Source: Mobula hypostoma (lineage: Eukaryota). From it: 64,000 nucleotides of DNA. Position numbers and translations under genes: made by a program. Position 1 is the stretch's first letter. Each line of letters starts with the position of its first letter. The notes below the pieces were generated by a model. It saw nothing but the letters and a program-made list of their open reading frames with translations, was not told where the DNA came from and did not search any database. The stretch lies in assembly GCF_963921235.1 (NCBI RefSeq), contig NC_086118.1:28894001-28958000 (forward strand). Reading direction: 5' to 3'. Of the stretch, positions 1-11,685 are shown piece after piece.

Positions 1-835
1 ATCTGTAACGCTGTCTGTTTGTAAGGTGAACTAAACAATTCAGGAATAAAATAATGTCAGAAACATCAAACCCTAATGTCAAAACATTTAAATAAGCAAA
101 GCCTTGCCTTTAAGTGTTAGTTAAGAGACACGTAAAGCACTTTTTAAATGTAGTTACTGTTTATATTGACACAATTTGACATTTTTTTTCTTTGAACTGC
201 TAAAGAAATGGGCACAAATTCCATATGAATGTCTGCTGTGATGTCTTTCTCATAACATCTATGACAGAACCCAAAGATGAAAACTAAACATAAAGGAGAA
301 GGTTTCTATGTCAGATGGAAAATGCAATTTGTTCACAAGCACCAAATATTTCAAGGTGTATTTTGCACATTCTTAGAAAGTAATTATCTGGATTAATTTC
401 AGCATTTTTTATGCTCGTATATTTACATAATCCATGTGCAGCAGATATGAATAAGAATACTTACTTTCTGTACCAGATTATTTTTTCTGCGAATATGGGA
501 TCAGAGCTTTAAGCACTAAGGACCAAAAGAGTTGGAAGCAGAGAATATACGTAATTCTGCTAGGACTGCCACCTCTTTCACCCATCCTTACTAAAGCAGA
601 GGAAACAATTAAAAGCCAGCAAATCAGTAGAGCAAGGATAGAAGCTTGGTGCAAGTTGCACTGAGTTTTTATTCATGAATTTTTTTAAAAAGAATAGCAA
701 TCTGTTTATATTCTAGGAAGCATCTGCTCAATCATTACTTTATGAAAGAAATAAAGGTATTAGTGAACCTGTGGCTGAAGACAGCAGCAGTAATTCCTTG
801 ATCAACAATATAACTCTGGGTACAATAATTTTATG

Positions 836-1543
836 GAGTCACAGAGCACAGAGAATTACAGCACAGGAACAGGCTATTTGGCCCATCCAGTCCATGCTAA
901 ACTGTTATCCTACCCAGTCCCATCGGCCTGCACATGGAGCATAGCCCTCCATAACCCTCCCATCCATGTAGTTAACAATATATCTCTTCAGTGTTGAAAT
1001 TAAACCTGCATCCATGACTTCCGCTGGCAGCTCATTCCAAACTTCACCACTCTCTGGGTGAAGAATTTCTCCCTAGCTTCCCGGTAATATTTCACCTTTT
1101 ACTCCTAACCCATGAACTCTAGTGCTGGTCTCACCCAACCTCAGTGGGAAAGTCCTGCTTGCCTTAACCCTATCTCAGCCCCTCTTCATTTTGTATACTT
1201 TATCAAATCATCCCTCATTCTTCTACACTCCAAGGAATAAAGTCCTAACCTATTGAACTTTCCCTATAACTTGGGTCCTCGTCCCAACAACACCATTGTA
1301 AATTTTTCCTGTACTCTTTTGTAGTCATGCACTTTGAATGATATTTTCCCTGTAGGTAGGTGATCAGAATTGCACACAACACTCCAAATTAGGATCCAGC
1401 AATGTCTTCTTCATCTTCCACAAAAGATCCTAACTCCTGTACTCATTATTTTCATTTACAAAGGCCAATGTGCGTAAAGCTCTCTTTAAGACCCTATCTA
1501 CTGTGACACCACTTTCAAGGAATTATTAATCTGTATTCTCAGA
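836..1543 (-). mobile_element. CR1 (HER1-like) LINE, 5'-truncated 3' fragment
   Basis: Reverse complement of CR1 RT C-terminus and 3'UTR; closely resembles the longer CR1 at 29410-30120 (shared gtaggtaggtga..., actccaaattag). Confidence 0.85.
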
Positions 1544-1659
1544 TGATAAATAAAAACTGAAATAGGGAGATGCTACACATGTAATTGATCATTTGTAGTA
1601 CTTGGTCATAATTAAAGTTACAAAATAAAATGTCTTGTCATTGAAAGGTAAGCCCCGAT

Positions 1660-2636
1660 ATCAGAATCAGGTTTAACAACACCAACATGTGTCATGAAAT
1701 TTGTTAACTTAGTTGCAGCAGTACAATGCAATACATGATAATATAGAAAGAAAAAAATAAATAAATCAATCAATTACAATCAGTATATATATGCATATTG
1801 AATAGTTTGATTAAAAATAGTGCAAAACAGAAATAATATATTTAAAAAATGAGGTAGTGTTCATGAGTTCAATGTCCATTTAGGAATCGTATAGCAGGGG
1901 GGAAGAAGCTGTTTCTGAATCACTGAGTGAGTGCCTTCAAGCTTCTGTACCTCCTTCCCAATGGTAACAATGAGAAGAGGGCATGCCCTGGGTAATGGGG
2001 GTCCTTTATAATGGACACTGCCTTTCTGAAGTGTCTTGGGTACAATGGACGCTCAAACTCAAGAGGGAGCTTACTAACTTTACAACTTTCTATAGCTTCT
2101 TCCAGTCCTGTGTTGAAGCTCTCCCATACCAGACTATGATGCAGCCTGACAGAATGCTCTCCACTGTACATCTATAAAAGTTTTAGAGCATCTTAGGTGA
2201 CAAACTAAATCTCTTCAAGCTCATAATGAAATATGGCTGCTATCTTGCCTTCTTTATAGCTGCATTGATTTGTTGAGACCAGATTAGATCTTCAGAGATC
2301 TTGACACCCAGGAATTTAAAATTTCTCACTCTCTCCACTTCTGATCCCTCAACGAGGATTGGTTTGCGTTCCCTCATCTTACCCTTCCTGAAGTCCACAG
2401 TCAGCTCTTTTGTCTTACTGACGAAGAGTACAGGGACGTTGGAGCAACACTACTCCACTAGCTGGTATATCTTGTTCCTGTACACCCCCTCATCTTTATC
2501 TGAGATTCTACCAACAGTGGTTGTATCATCAGCAAATCTTTTAGATAGTACTTGAGCTATACCTAGCCTCACAGTCATTCGTATAGGGGGAGTAGAGCAG
2601 TGGACTAAGCACACCCCTGAGTTGTGCCAGTGTTCT
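1660..2636 (-). mobile_element. Rex1/Babar-like LINE 3' part (RT + DUF1891-type C-terminus)
   Basis: ORF 2450-2689 has RT motif RFADDTTTVGRIS; ORF 1920-2171 has SIIKDPHYPGHALFSLLPLGRRYRSL; tcagaatcag tail at 1660. Confidence 0.8.
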
Positions 2637-4085
2637 GCGTAAAACGTCTTCATGCTGTATTTCAATAAGATATTCCGGCAAACCTTCAACTTGGGCTACA
2701 CCTTTCTGTATATAACAGTATATGTTACTTGAATGACTCCTTAAACATCAATAATAGGAGAGGCCCATACTTCATCGTTAGGCCTAATTTTATACTTACA
2801 GCAACAGCTGAACCATTCAGTCTGCTTTCAGATGAGGGACTTTAAACTATGGTTAGTTGATTATAATATTGGCATTTCCATGTAACTAATCTCCAAGACA
2901 GACCGACAAGTGAACAAGTTTTTGCTGCCAAAGATGCATATTGATTAACTGTACTGCAATCTCGATCTACAGCTGCTACTGACACCCTGCACTGAAATAA
3001 AAAAGAGATTGACTGGTAAACACACTGCATTGTTGTCGACACTGGGTACTGTCAGAGAAGACAAGTTGAAAGCTGGGCAAACAATAGAGTAAAATTAACC
3101 TAGGCCTTTTGCCTGTTATTTCTTCTATCTTCTTAATTAATTCTTTTCCACCCTGCTGATCTCTCTCTTTTCAAACTGCTTGACTAGCCTGAAGTACTTC
3201 CTACTGTTATGCTGTAGGTCAAAGTGAAATCTAACCTCATTTTCAATTCAGTTGGGGCAGCTGTTCAACAAGGATTCATTGTTTTGTTAACTCCTTCTGA
3301 GGTGAATTCACAGAAGTGCTCAGTGTGGAACAAACCTTGTATCATTAAGCTGTGATAAATGTCATCATTTACATTTTGTTAACTATAAAATATGCTTGCC
3401 TTGAAAACTGGCAATATATAAAAATAGAACAGTAGCAAAAAAAATCACTTTAAAGTGTAAGTAAATTCTGAAAGTACTTAATTTGTTTTAAGTGGATTCT
3501 GTGTCTAGGAACTCCCACTAACATTACACAACCCTCCCGAAACACTCCTCTGGTGAGAAATTCCTTTTGTCTGCAACATAGTTAATCTCTATTGTTCAGA
3601 ATGTACTGATTGCCAGCTGGCAGAGTGTAGAGAATCACTGGCTATCTGCAGTGCCATATCAGCATACACCATGTTTCCTTGTCTGCACTGAGTGGCACAA
3701 TTATGAGATCAAGGATATTACATCAATTACAGAGCCAAGTGTCTATTAGCCATGACTGGCATATCTGGCATGGTGCCATACATTTGCGAGCCTTCATTAA
3801 AGGGTACGCTTGCCGTTTTCTTTGTTTATATTTTTCCTGGTTTTGACCCTAAAGTGCTGAAAGTCAATAAAAAATTCTTTTCTTTTTTTTAGCAACTTGT
3901 CAAATTAATTTTTTTTGACATTTCCAAATGTCCCTGATCATTAGAGATATTTGGAAATGGTGAAAATGTCACCGTAAGCTCTAAAATGGTTGTGAGAGTG
4001 GTGGCTGGTACCATGGACAATCCTTGCAGTGGAATGGCCATGGTGGCAAGGCTTTAAGGTCATTTGGGGCCACCCAGCCAAGAGA

Positions 4086-4530
4086 ATATAGAACTTAGAA
4101 TATCAAATGTAGAACAGTAGACACCCATGATGTTGTCCCCGCTTGTTAACATATTAACCCTTTCCTCTGACATATCTCTCCATTTTTCTTTCATCCCTAT
4201 GGCTATCTAAGAGTTCCCTTAAATGTTTCCACTATATCTGTCTCTGCCACATCTCTGGCAGTGCGTTCCATGCCCTCACCACTCTCTGTGTAATAAAAAG
4301 ACTACCTCTGACATCCCATCTTTTACTCTCCTTCGATCACCTTAAAATTATGCCATGTCATATTAACCATTTCCACCCAGGTAAAGTCTCTAGCTCTCGA
4401 CTCTATCTATGCCTCTTATCATCTTGTACATCTCTATCAAGCCTCCTCTTGTCCTCTTTGTTCCAAAGAGGAAAGGCCTAGCTTGCTCAACTTTTCCTCA
4501 TAAGACATGATCTCTAATCTAGGCAAGACC
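4086..4530 (-). mobile_element. CR1 LINE 3' fragment
   Basis: tagaac-type tail; ggcagtgcgttccatgccctcaccactctctgtgt matches the CR1 copy at 62968-63002. Confidence 0.75.
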
Positions 4531-4707
4531 CAGAAGGTTCAAATCAATGTGGTGCTAATGTACAACTGGTTTTGAGGTCAATGACCACAAGACATGGCCT
4601 TTCCAACATAATCTAGCTCAAGTTATGACATTGCACTCCATGATGCATGAAGCAGAATACCATCATTATAGGGGATATATACTAAAACTGTTAAAAAGAC
4701 TAAATAA

Positions 4708-5046
4708 TCAAGGATACGACCCACCCAGCCAACACATTTGTTATCCCTCTTCCCTCCGGAAGAAGGCTCAGGAGCTTGAAGAGTCGTACAGCCAGATTTG
4801 GGAACAGCTTCTTTCCAACTGTGATAAGTCTGCTGAACGGATCCTGACCCTGATCTAGGCCATACCCTCCAAAGATCCAGACCTGTCTCTCGGTTTTTTT
4901 TGCACTACCTTACTTACCCTTTTCTATTTCCTATTTATGATAAATAATTTAAATTTTTAATATTTACTATCAATCTGTACTCTGGGGAGCGCGAAGCGCA
5001 GAATCTGGTATCAATTGTTTGGCGACAATAAAGTAAAGTACAGTAA
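4708..5046 (+). mobile_element. Rex1/Babar-like LINE 3' end
   Basis: KDTTHPANT..PLPSGRRLRSLK..NSFFPTVISLLN-like degenerate coding, then aataaagtaaagta tail. Confidence 0.7.
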
Positions 5047-6017
5047 ATAATATACAATAAACTTAACTTGGTATTTTGTCTCCCTTTTCCTACTGTCAAA
5101 TATTTATATTTAAACTTAGTTCAAAGCACTGTTCCCCCTATAAGTAAGATCACCACCATTTTAGAATTATGTCACAGATCCCTGACAGGTTTTTTTTTGC
5201 AAGACGGGAATTTTAACTGTGGCAACTACACCACTCGCACGTGAACTTCTCTTGGTAATTGGGTAAGTCACTGCTGGGGCAGTGTGGTGATCTGCAGATG
5301 AAATTCTGAGAAGTTTTCATCAGTGGGAGGAAAGAACTGGGGTCCGCAATGTAGGTTGGTGTCCTTCAGGATTGACAAGCCAGGGTGTCCTGGTGGTTCC
5401 TCAGATGGTATATCTAAGTAACCATGTTGTTGCATGCTAGAGAATCCTCAACATGCAGTCTCTTTGCAACTGAGTTAGCATATAGCTTCATGCACCAGCA
5501 AGCTGGCACCTGAAGCATTCTGCTTGCCCACTCTGCCATCTTCACAATAAATCCATGTGCCACTTTCTCTAAATTGGTCTCGAACATCAATCCCATGATG
5601 TTATCTGGTTTGCCACTTGAGGGATCAGATTGAGTCATGCCTTACTCTTCCTTTCTCCTCCTGGGTCACGGACTTCCACGATCAGAATAGCTGAAATGAG
5701 ATAAACGATGGGTTTGGCGTGTGATCCAAAAGGGGAGCAGAGAAAGATGAGTGGTTGGTGAAAGCATCTTCAGCAAGCAGTGTACAGTGAGCACAAAGAG
5801 AGTGAATGATCTGAGAATTAGTAAGAAGTCATGCATGTTATTACCTGCGTTGTCGGCCACCACAGCCTTCAGTCTGCACTTGGCCATGAGGGTGAGCACT
5901 CTTATTCATGCAAGCAAAAGTGCGTAGTTGAGCTATTCTTTCATCTGTGTCAGTGTTTCTCTGGGGTTGTATGTGATACTCTGTGTATTTGTGAGAACCT
6001 ATCGAAAACCACGCCGC

Positions 6018-6387
6018 TCGTGGACTGTTTGTCCCCCTCCCATCAGGGAGGAGGCTGTGTAGCCTCTACGCCAGGACTACTACTTTCAAAAACAGTTACT
6101 TTCCCTGAACAATAAGGCTGATCAACACCTCCACCCCAACCCACCCATCACTACATCATTTCTTATCAGTCATCTTATGTACAGACTCTCCTGTGACTAG
6201 TGTCACTTTATGAACATGCATTCAGTCTATGTATCTTACGCATTTACATTTATTGTGTTTTTTATTATTCTGATCTTTATCTTATTATGTTTTTTCTGTG
6301 CTGCATCAGATACAGAGCAGCAATAATTTTGTTCTCCTTTATAGTTGTGTACTGGCAATGACATTAAACAATCTTGAACCTTGAGTC
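6018..6387 (+). mobile_element. Rex1/Babar-like LINE 3' end
   Basis: LFVPLPSGRRL..NSYFP..IRLIN-like coding, T-rich UTR, attaaacaatcttgaaccttgagtct tail. Confidence 0.7.
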
Positions 6388-7721
6388 TAATTGCTTGTGT
6401 TTAATATGGCGAAATGCCTGATGGGATTTTGAGTTTTTTTGCAGGTGAAACCTCTGTGCATATTGTATGCACAAGAGAAAATGGGGTAGGACCAGTGATT
6501 GTGGGACAATGAATTAAAGTGTTGGGGTAAACTTATGAATGCTGTAGATCATATAATTAGTGAGTTTGCAAGCCGAGCAGTGTGTGCAAAGTATTGGACA
6601 GTTGTTTATATACCTTTATTAGGTAGGTCATTGGAACCTATTCTGAATGTCCAGCTATGTTTTGGATGTTGTGTTTCTGGCATTCATATGCTCTGTAGTT
6701 TCCTCTCTGTCACAACAGACATATTAAAGAAATTCCCTCCTCTGTCATCTGCTTTCCTTTATCTTCAGATAAATAGAATGTTCTTTCTTTTGGCTGCATT
6801 AACATCTTCAAATATTTTCATACAAACTTGGTGTCGTCTTTTTCAATACTCTAACTATTTTCTCACTCAGAACTTTGGAAATACATCGAGTGAACTCTTC
6901 TACTTAAAAAGTTTTTCATTGCCCCACCCAATATCTGGAAGTCTACACATTTGCATTATGACAATGAACGAGCAACACAAATATTGCAGGAAGCCTGAGT
7001 CATTCTCAAATTCATGTAGACCAGAGTCTGATCTCTATCCTACTCGCTGCATGATCTCTAGACATAGTTTTCAGAAAGTAAGGGAACGATAAGCATACTT
7101 TGAAAGAGATGTTAAATTGCTGAACTTCTGGTGGTAAAGCAGTAGTTTTGACTTTTCTATCAAAAAAATTGTGTGTGACAATATGGCAGTGAAAGAGCTG
7201 CTTGATACCATCTGCCATTGTGTCAAATTTAACAGCTTTAGAAGTAATAATCCTGTGTGCAGGATTCACAGTGAGATTGGTGAATGGAGTGCTAAATAAC
7301 ATCTTTTTAAAATCTCTGATTAAGTCAGTGATTTCCATCTCAGCTTACGCAACACATTTCCAAAATAGCGTTTCATCTTCAAGAATGATTGGATCTATTC
7401 CTTAAAGTAAAGATTAGTTTGTGCTCATTCTTTTACCATAAATGGATTGGATGGTCACTGGCAGAGAATTATTCTATGTTTAGCAAAATATTCATTCATT
7501 GAAAAATAATATGAATTTTAATTCTCGAACCAGCCAGAGTTCTATTTATCCTGTTGAAAAATAGCAGAGAAACAACCTGACTAGTGATTACTCAGAATTG
7601 TATAGGTACTTAATGAAGATATTTGGAAAGGAAGTGGACTGCTACATGTTTTAAATCAAAACTTGAAAGATTCAATAGTAAATCATTTCAAACAATGTTC
7701 TTCATCTGCTGTTTAATTTTA

Positions 7722-7852
7722 GTATGTTCATGTGATAGCTGATTAGATCTACATGAAACAGGTATGTTCATGGGGACATCTGATAGTTTATTAGATCTAC
7801 ATGAAACACTATGTCCACGTGTACATGTGATAGATTATTAGATCCACATGAA
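7722..7852. repeat. Minisatellite, ~47-48 bp unit, ~2.7 copies
   Basis: tgatag(n)attagatc(t/c)acatgaa occurs three times at ~47-48 bp spacing. Confidence 0.85.
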
Positions 7853-8088
7853 GAAGGAATTTCTTTAATCTCAGTAAAATTGAATTTTTTTTATTCCAGT
7901 ATTCAGCGGTGACTGATAAATATGAAGTAGGTATGTCTAACTTAATAGTTGCCTCTCTTTCATTCAGGCATAATTTAAACGCTACATGCAAACATATATA
8001 CAGTACATTCTAAAGTTTTGTTATAAGCTCCTTGGTAACCAGACAATTACAATGTTTAAAAAAACATTAGGAAAGTTTAAAAGAGATA

Positions 8089-9663
8089 CAGTGATGCCAA
8101 AAACTTTGTGAACCCTGTAGAACTTTCTCTATTTCTGCATAAGTATGACCTAAAATGAGGTTAGATTTTCATGTAAGTCCTAAAATTAGATAAAGAGAAC
8201 CCAATTAAATAAATAACAAAAAACCTACTATACTTGTTCTTTTATTTATTAAAATAAAGATCCAATATTACATGTATTTGTTGGAAAAAGTATGTGAACC
8301 TCTGGGGTAAAGCCTTCCACAAAAGCTATTTGGAGTCTGGTGTTCCAATCAATGAGATGAGATTGGAGGTGTGGGTTTTAGAGGTGCCCTATCCTATTAA
8401 AAAAAGGCACACAAAGTGAGGTTACTGACAGAGACTGCTCTTCTCAAGAAAGATCTGTTTATGTGCACCATGCCTCGATCAGAACAACTTTCAGAGGAAC
8501 TTAGAAGAAGAAATGTAGAGACGTATGAAGCTGGAAAAGGCTACAAAAGCATTTCTAAAGACCTGAGTGTTTAGCAGTCTACAGTAAGAGAACTTGTCTC
8601 CAAATGGAAGAAACTCATTACTGTTGCTACTCTTCCTGGGAGTGGGCATCCTGCAATGATCACACCAAAAGCACAATTTGCAATGCTGAGGGAGGTGAAA
8701 AAGAAACCAAGGGTAACAGGAAAAGAACTGCAGAAATCTCTAGAACTTGCTAGAGTCTCTGTTTATGTGCCCACTACAAGAAAAGTACTGAACAAGAACG
8801 ATGTTCATGGAAGGACACCACGGAGGAAACCACTGCTCTTCAAAAAAAAAACATTGCTGCATATCTCAAGTTTGCAAAAGATCACCTGGATGTTTTACAA
8901 TACTTCTGGGACAATGTTCTGTGGACAGATGAGACTTTTTGGCAGAAATACACATTGCTATGCTTGGAGGAAAAAGAGCACTGCACACCAACACCAAAAC
9001 CTCATCCCAACTGTGAAGTATGGTGGAAGGAGCATCACGGTTTGGGGCTTCTTTGCTGTCTCAGGATTTGGACATCTTGAAATCGTGGAGGGAACAATGA
9101 ATTCAAAATTGTATCAAGGCATTTTACAGGAGAATATCAGGGTAGCAGCTCATCACATGAACTTGATAGAAGTTGGATAATGCAACAAGACAATGATCCA
9201 AAAGACAAGAGTAAATTAACAACGGAATGGTTTAAAAAGAAAAAAAAAATCATGATTTGGAATAGCCCAGTTAAAGTCCTGACCTTAATCCCCTACAAAT
9301 ATTGTGGGAGGACCTGAAGCAAGCAGTTCTTGCAAGGAAGCTCACCAACATCCATGAGTTGAAGCAGTTTTGCAAGGAGGAATGGTCTAAAATGATCAAC
9401 ATTTACTGGAAATATTTGGTTGAAATATTTGCTGTCCAAAGGGATCACTCCAGTTACTGAAGGCAAAAGCTCACATACTTTTTCCAACAAGTACATGTAA
9501 TATTGGATCATTTTCCTCAATAAATGAACTGGTATAATGTTCTTATATTATTTATTTAATTGGGTTCCCTTTATCTCATTTTAGCACACGTGAACATCTG
9601 AACACATTTTAGGACATGTTTATGCAGAAATGGAGAAAGTTCACAAACTTCCTAGCACTACAG
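8089..9663 (+). mobile_element. Near full-length Tc1-like DNA transposon with long (~200 bp) TIRs and TA TSD
   Basis: TA|cagtgatgccaaaaactttgtgaac ... gttcacaaacttcctagcactacag|TA; inner TIR catgtatttgttggaaaaagtatgtga mirrored at ~9472-9498. Confidence 0.92.
8470..9460 (+). pseudogene. Tc1 transposase, disrupted by stops and frameshifts
   Basis: MPRSEQLSEELRRR..GKGYKSISKDL, GRTPRRKPLL, WDNVLWTDET, PTVKYGGRSITVWG, MQQDNDPK, SPDLNP motifs. Confidence 0.92.
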
Positions 9664-10019
9664 TATGGGTTATGTGCAGACAACCGGAACTGGCAGAGGT
9701 TGGCATTTTGGTCAGCAGGGGCAATTTAGGTGAATGGACCTGATTCCGTGCGGTATGTCTCTATGAATATGGTACTTTATTTTCAAATATTTACACACCT
9801 CTTCAAAAATTCTGTTCTTCTTTTGAGTGCCTATTATTTCATGTACCAATCAGCTATTTATGAATTTCTAATGAACCACGAATAACTCTTGACAAAGGAA
9901 CAAATGGACAGTACCATTCCAAGTGCTGGTGAATCAAACACATCGAGGAGTTAGAAAGGAGTCAGGTGGACTTTACAGCTCAAAAACCCTAGAAGTCACA
10001 GACACAGAAATTCTGAGAT

Positions 10020-10390
10020 AAAAGCAGAATACTACAAATGCGGAGCAAACCAAGCACCATCTGTGGAAAAAGAAACTGAATTAGTGACATTTTGATGGTG
10101 TGTTCCGATGAAGGGCGATTGATCTGAAATGTTAACTCTGTTTGTCTTTCACACAGACACAAGTGAATGCAGATGCTGAACTTAGAAGCAGCAAATAATC
10201 TGTTGGAGGAACTCAGTGGGTTGAGCAGCATCTATGGAGAAAAGGAACTTCTGATTCAGAATTTCGACCCCAAACATTGAGAGCTTCATTCCTCCCACAG
10301 GTGCTGCTGAGTTCCTCCAGCAGACTGTTCGTTGCTCTCGGTTTTTCTCTCCACTGATGCTGCCTGAGCAGCTGAATGCTTTCAGCATTG
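10020..10390. repeat. Degenerate Penelope-derived palindromic repeats
   Basis: aatctgttggaggaactcag ... ctgagttcctccagcagact inverted arms; hammerhead-like ccgatgaagg..gaaatgtt at ~10105-10132. Confidence 0.6.
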
Positions 10391-10533
10391 TTATTTAAAG
10401 CGTTATTGATCTTTCATAGCACACAGGAAGCCTGCAGTGAAAAAAAAATCTTCTGATTCTCTGTTATTGAACTAGCAGCCTGAAAAAGACGTGGACATGG
10501 AATTGAACGTGAGGATGCATTGAGAAAAAGAGG

Positions 10534-10783
10534 TGTTATGTTTTGTAACTGCAAAGCATAAAAACTAATTGCAAGAAAAAGACAGAGCTGGGAATGCAAA
10601 TCTAACTCAGTTTTACTTTAAACAAGGTGCGCACAGAAAATAATGTAATGGCATGATGACGTACGCCATTTCTGTACTTTTACAGATAGCCCGTAATGTA
10701 TTATGTAAACAACAAAGAATGCTTAATCAAACAACATATTTACAATATTACTCAAATATTACTGAAATACTAAATAGACAACA
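10534..10783 (-). repeat. 3' LTR of the Gypsy element (250 bp, TG...CA)
   Basis: tgttatgttttgtaac...aaatagacaaca; adjacent minus-strand PPT ctaagcagggaggag. Confidence 0.92.
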
Positions 10784-10918
10784 CTCCTCCCTGCTTAGCT
10801 ATACACTTCAACTCAATATAGAGTACATCTCAACTAAATACACAATATTTAAATCTTACAGCCTGAATGGGACAATTTAATATTCACTATGCTGTGGAAG
10901 TCCTTATAGTAGTTGTAT

Positions 10919-11115
10919 TATATAGTTAACCACTGCGGTGGATTTCTGACTCTTGCAGGATAATACCTTTCCTGACAAGGGAGGTCGCTTTGCTTGGCAG
11001 TGAGACTTGTGGCTGTGAAAACAATCTCAGGTTCTGGGGCCTCCTCTGAGGTGGTTTTAAGAGTTGATTCTGAGACTGTAGGAAATGGTTCTGACAGCTC
11101 TGAACACCTATCTTC
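10919..11115 (-). pseudogene. Gypsy pol extreme C-terminus (after integrase)
   Basis: EDRCSELSEPFPTVSES...PCQERYYPARVRNPPQWLTI*; the RYPxRxRxPP ending is typical of vertebrate Gypsy pol, and it lies just upstream of the PPT. Confidence 0.75.
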
Positions 11116-11685
11116 TCCTTCCCTTTTCTTCTTCTAGTATGTGCATCTTGAACTTGTGAGGGTGTATTTAGTTCACCAGAGTACTCTCTTATTAGTCCTT
11201 TTACTGTTCCCCTTATGATCTGATTCCTCTTGGCTTCCTCATCCACATCATCCAATGAAACTTCTTTTTCGTTTCTCAATTGACTCCTTTCTTTTTAGTC
11301 TTCCATTCATCCAGCTGGACAATGGACTTTGCATCTATGTTTACAAGCAGCTTTTCGTCAATAACCTTAAAGCACACAGAGTAGATTCTGGTTCTTTATA
11401 TTCACAAAAGCCGAATGCTTGCTTCATGAAGCTCCTTGAACTCTCTTCCATCTTAAAGCCAAGTCACACCTCACAAGTAACTGCCTGATTAACATATCAG
11501 AAGCTTTCTCAGATATGTTTCCTACAAAAACTGTTGTAGTTGGACCACTGGCTCCGTCACTTTCATGATTTCTGTGAGTAGCATGGTCCTTCCTTGGTCC
11601 AATATGTTTTCCATCTAGAAGCACAGAGATTGGCAGCACAAACCATTTGCCCTCTGATGGGTAATAGTGCATGGTGTACCAGCAT
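11113..11685 (-). pseudogene. RBM25: Intronless retrocopy fragment of RNA-binding motif protein 25 (RRM region)
   Basis: Translates, with frameshifts, to GKHIGPRKDH..GPTTTVFVGNISEKASDMLIRQLLVRCDLALRWKRVQGAS / QAFGFCEYKEPESTLCALRLL / EKLLVNIDAKSIVQLDEWKTKKK / DEEAKRNQIIRGTVKGLIREYSGELNTPSQ..RRRKGKEK; collinear with vertebrate RBM25 as I recall it. Confidence 0.95.

Noticed and set aside
5200..6015. Possible hAT or Harbinger relic (VVADNAGNNM, WASRMLQVPA on minus; KRVNDL on plus) or a cadherin-like mini-exon (TGILTVATTPLARE before gtaagt)
   Set aside because: The motifs are short, mutually inconsistent and have no termini or partner exons; needs tBLASTx or HMM search.
6499..7405. 197-aa and 108-aa ORFs
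   Set aside because: No recognisable domain, non-ATG starts and composition typical of random AT-rich DNA.
11113..11685. Functional RBM25 gene
   Set aside because: Fragmentary and intronless, with stops, frameshifts and a small deletion; lacks the N-terminus and the RE-rich/PWI regions; embedded in an LTR element.
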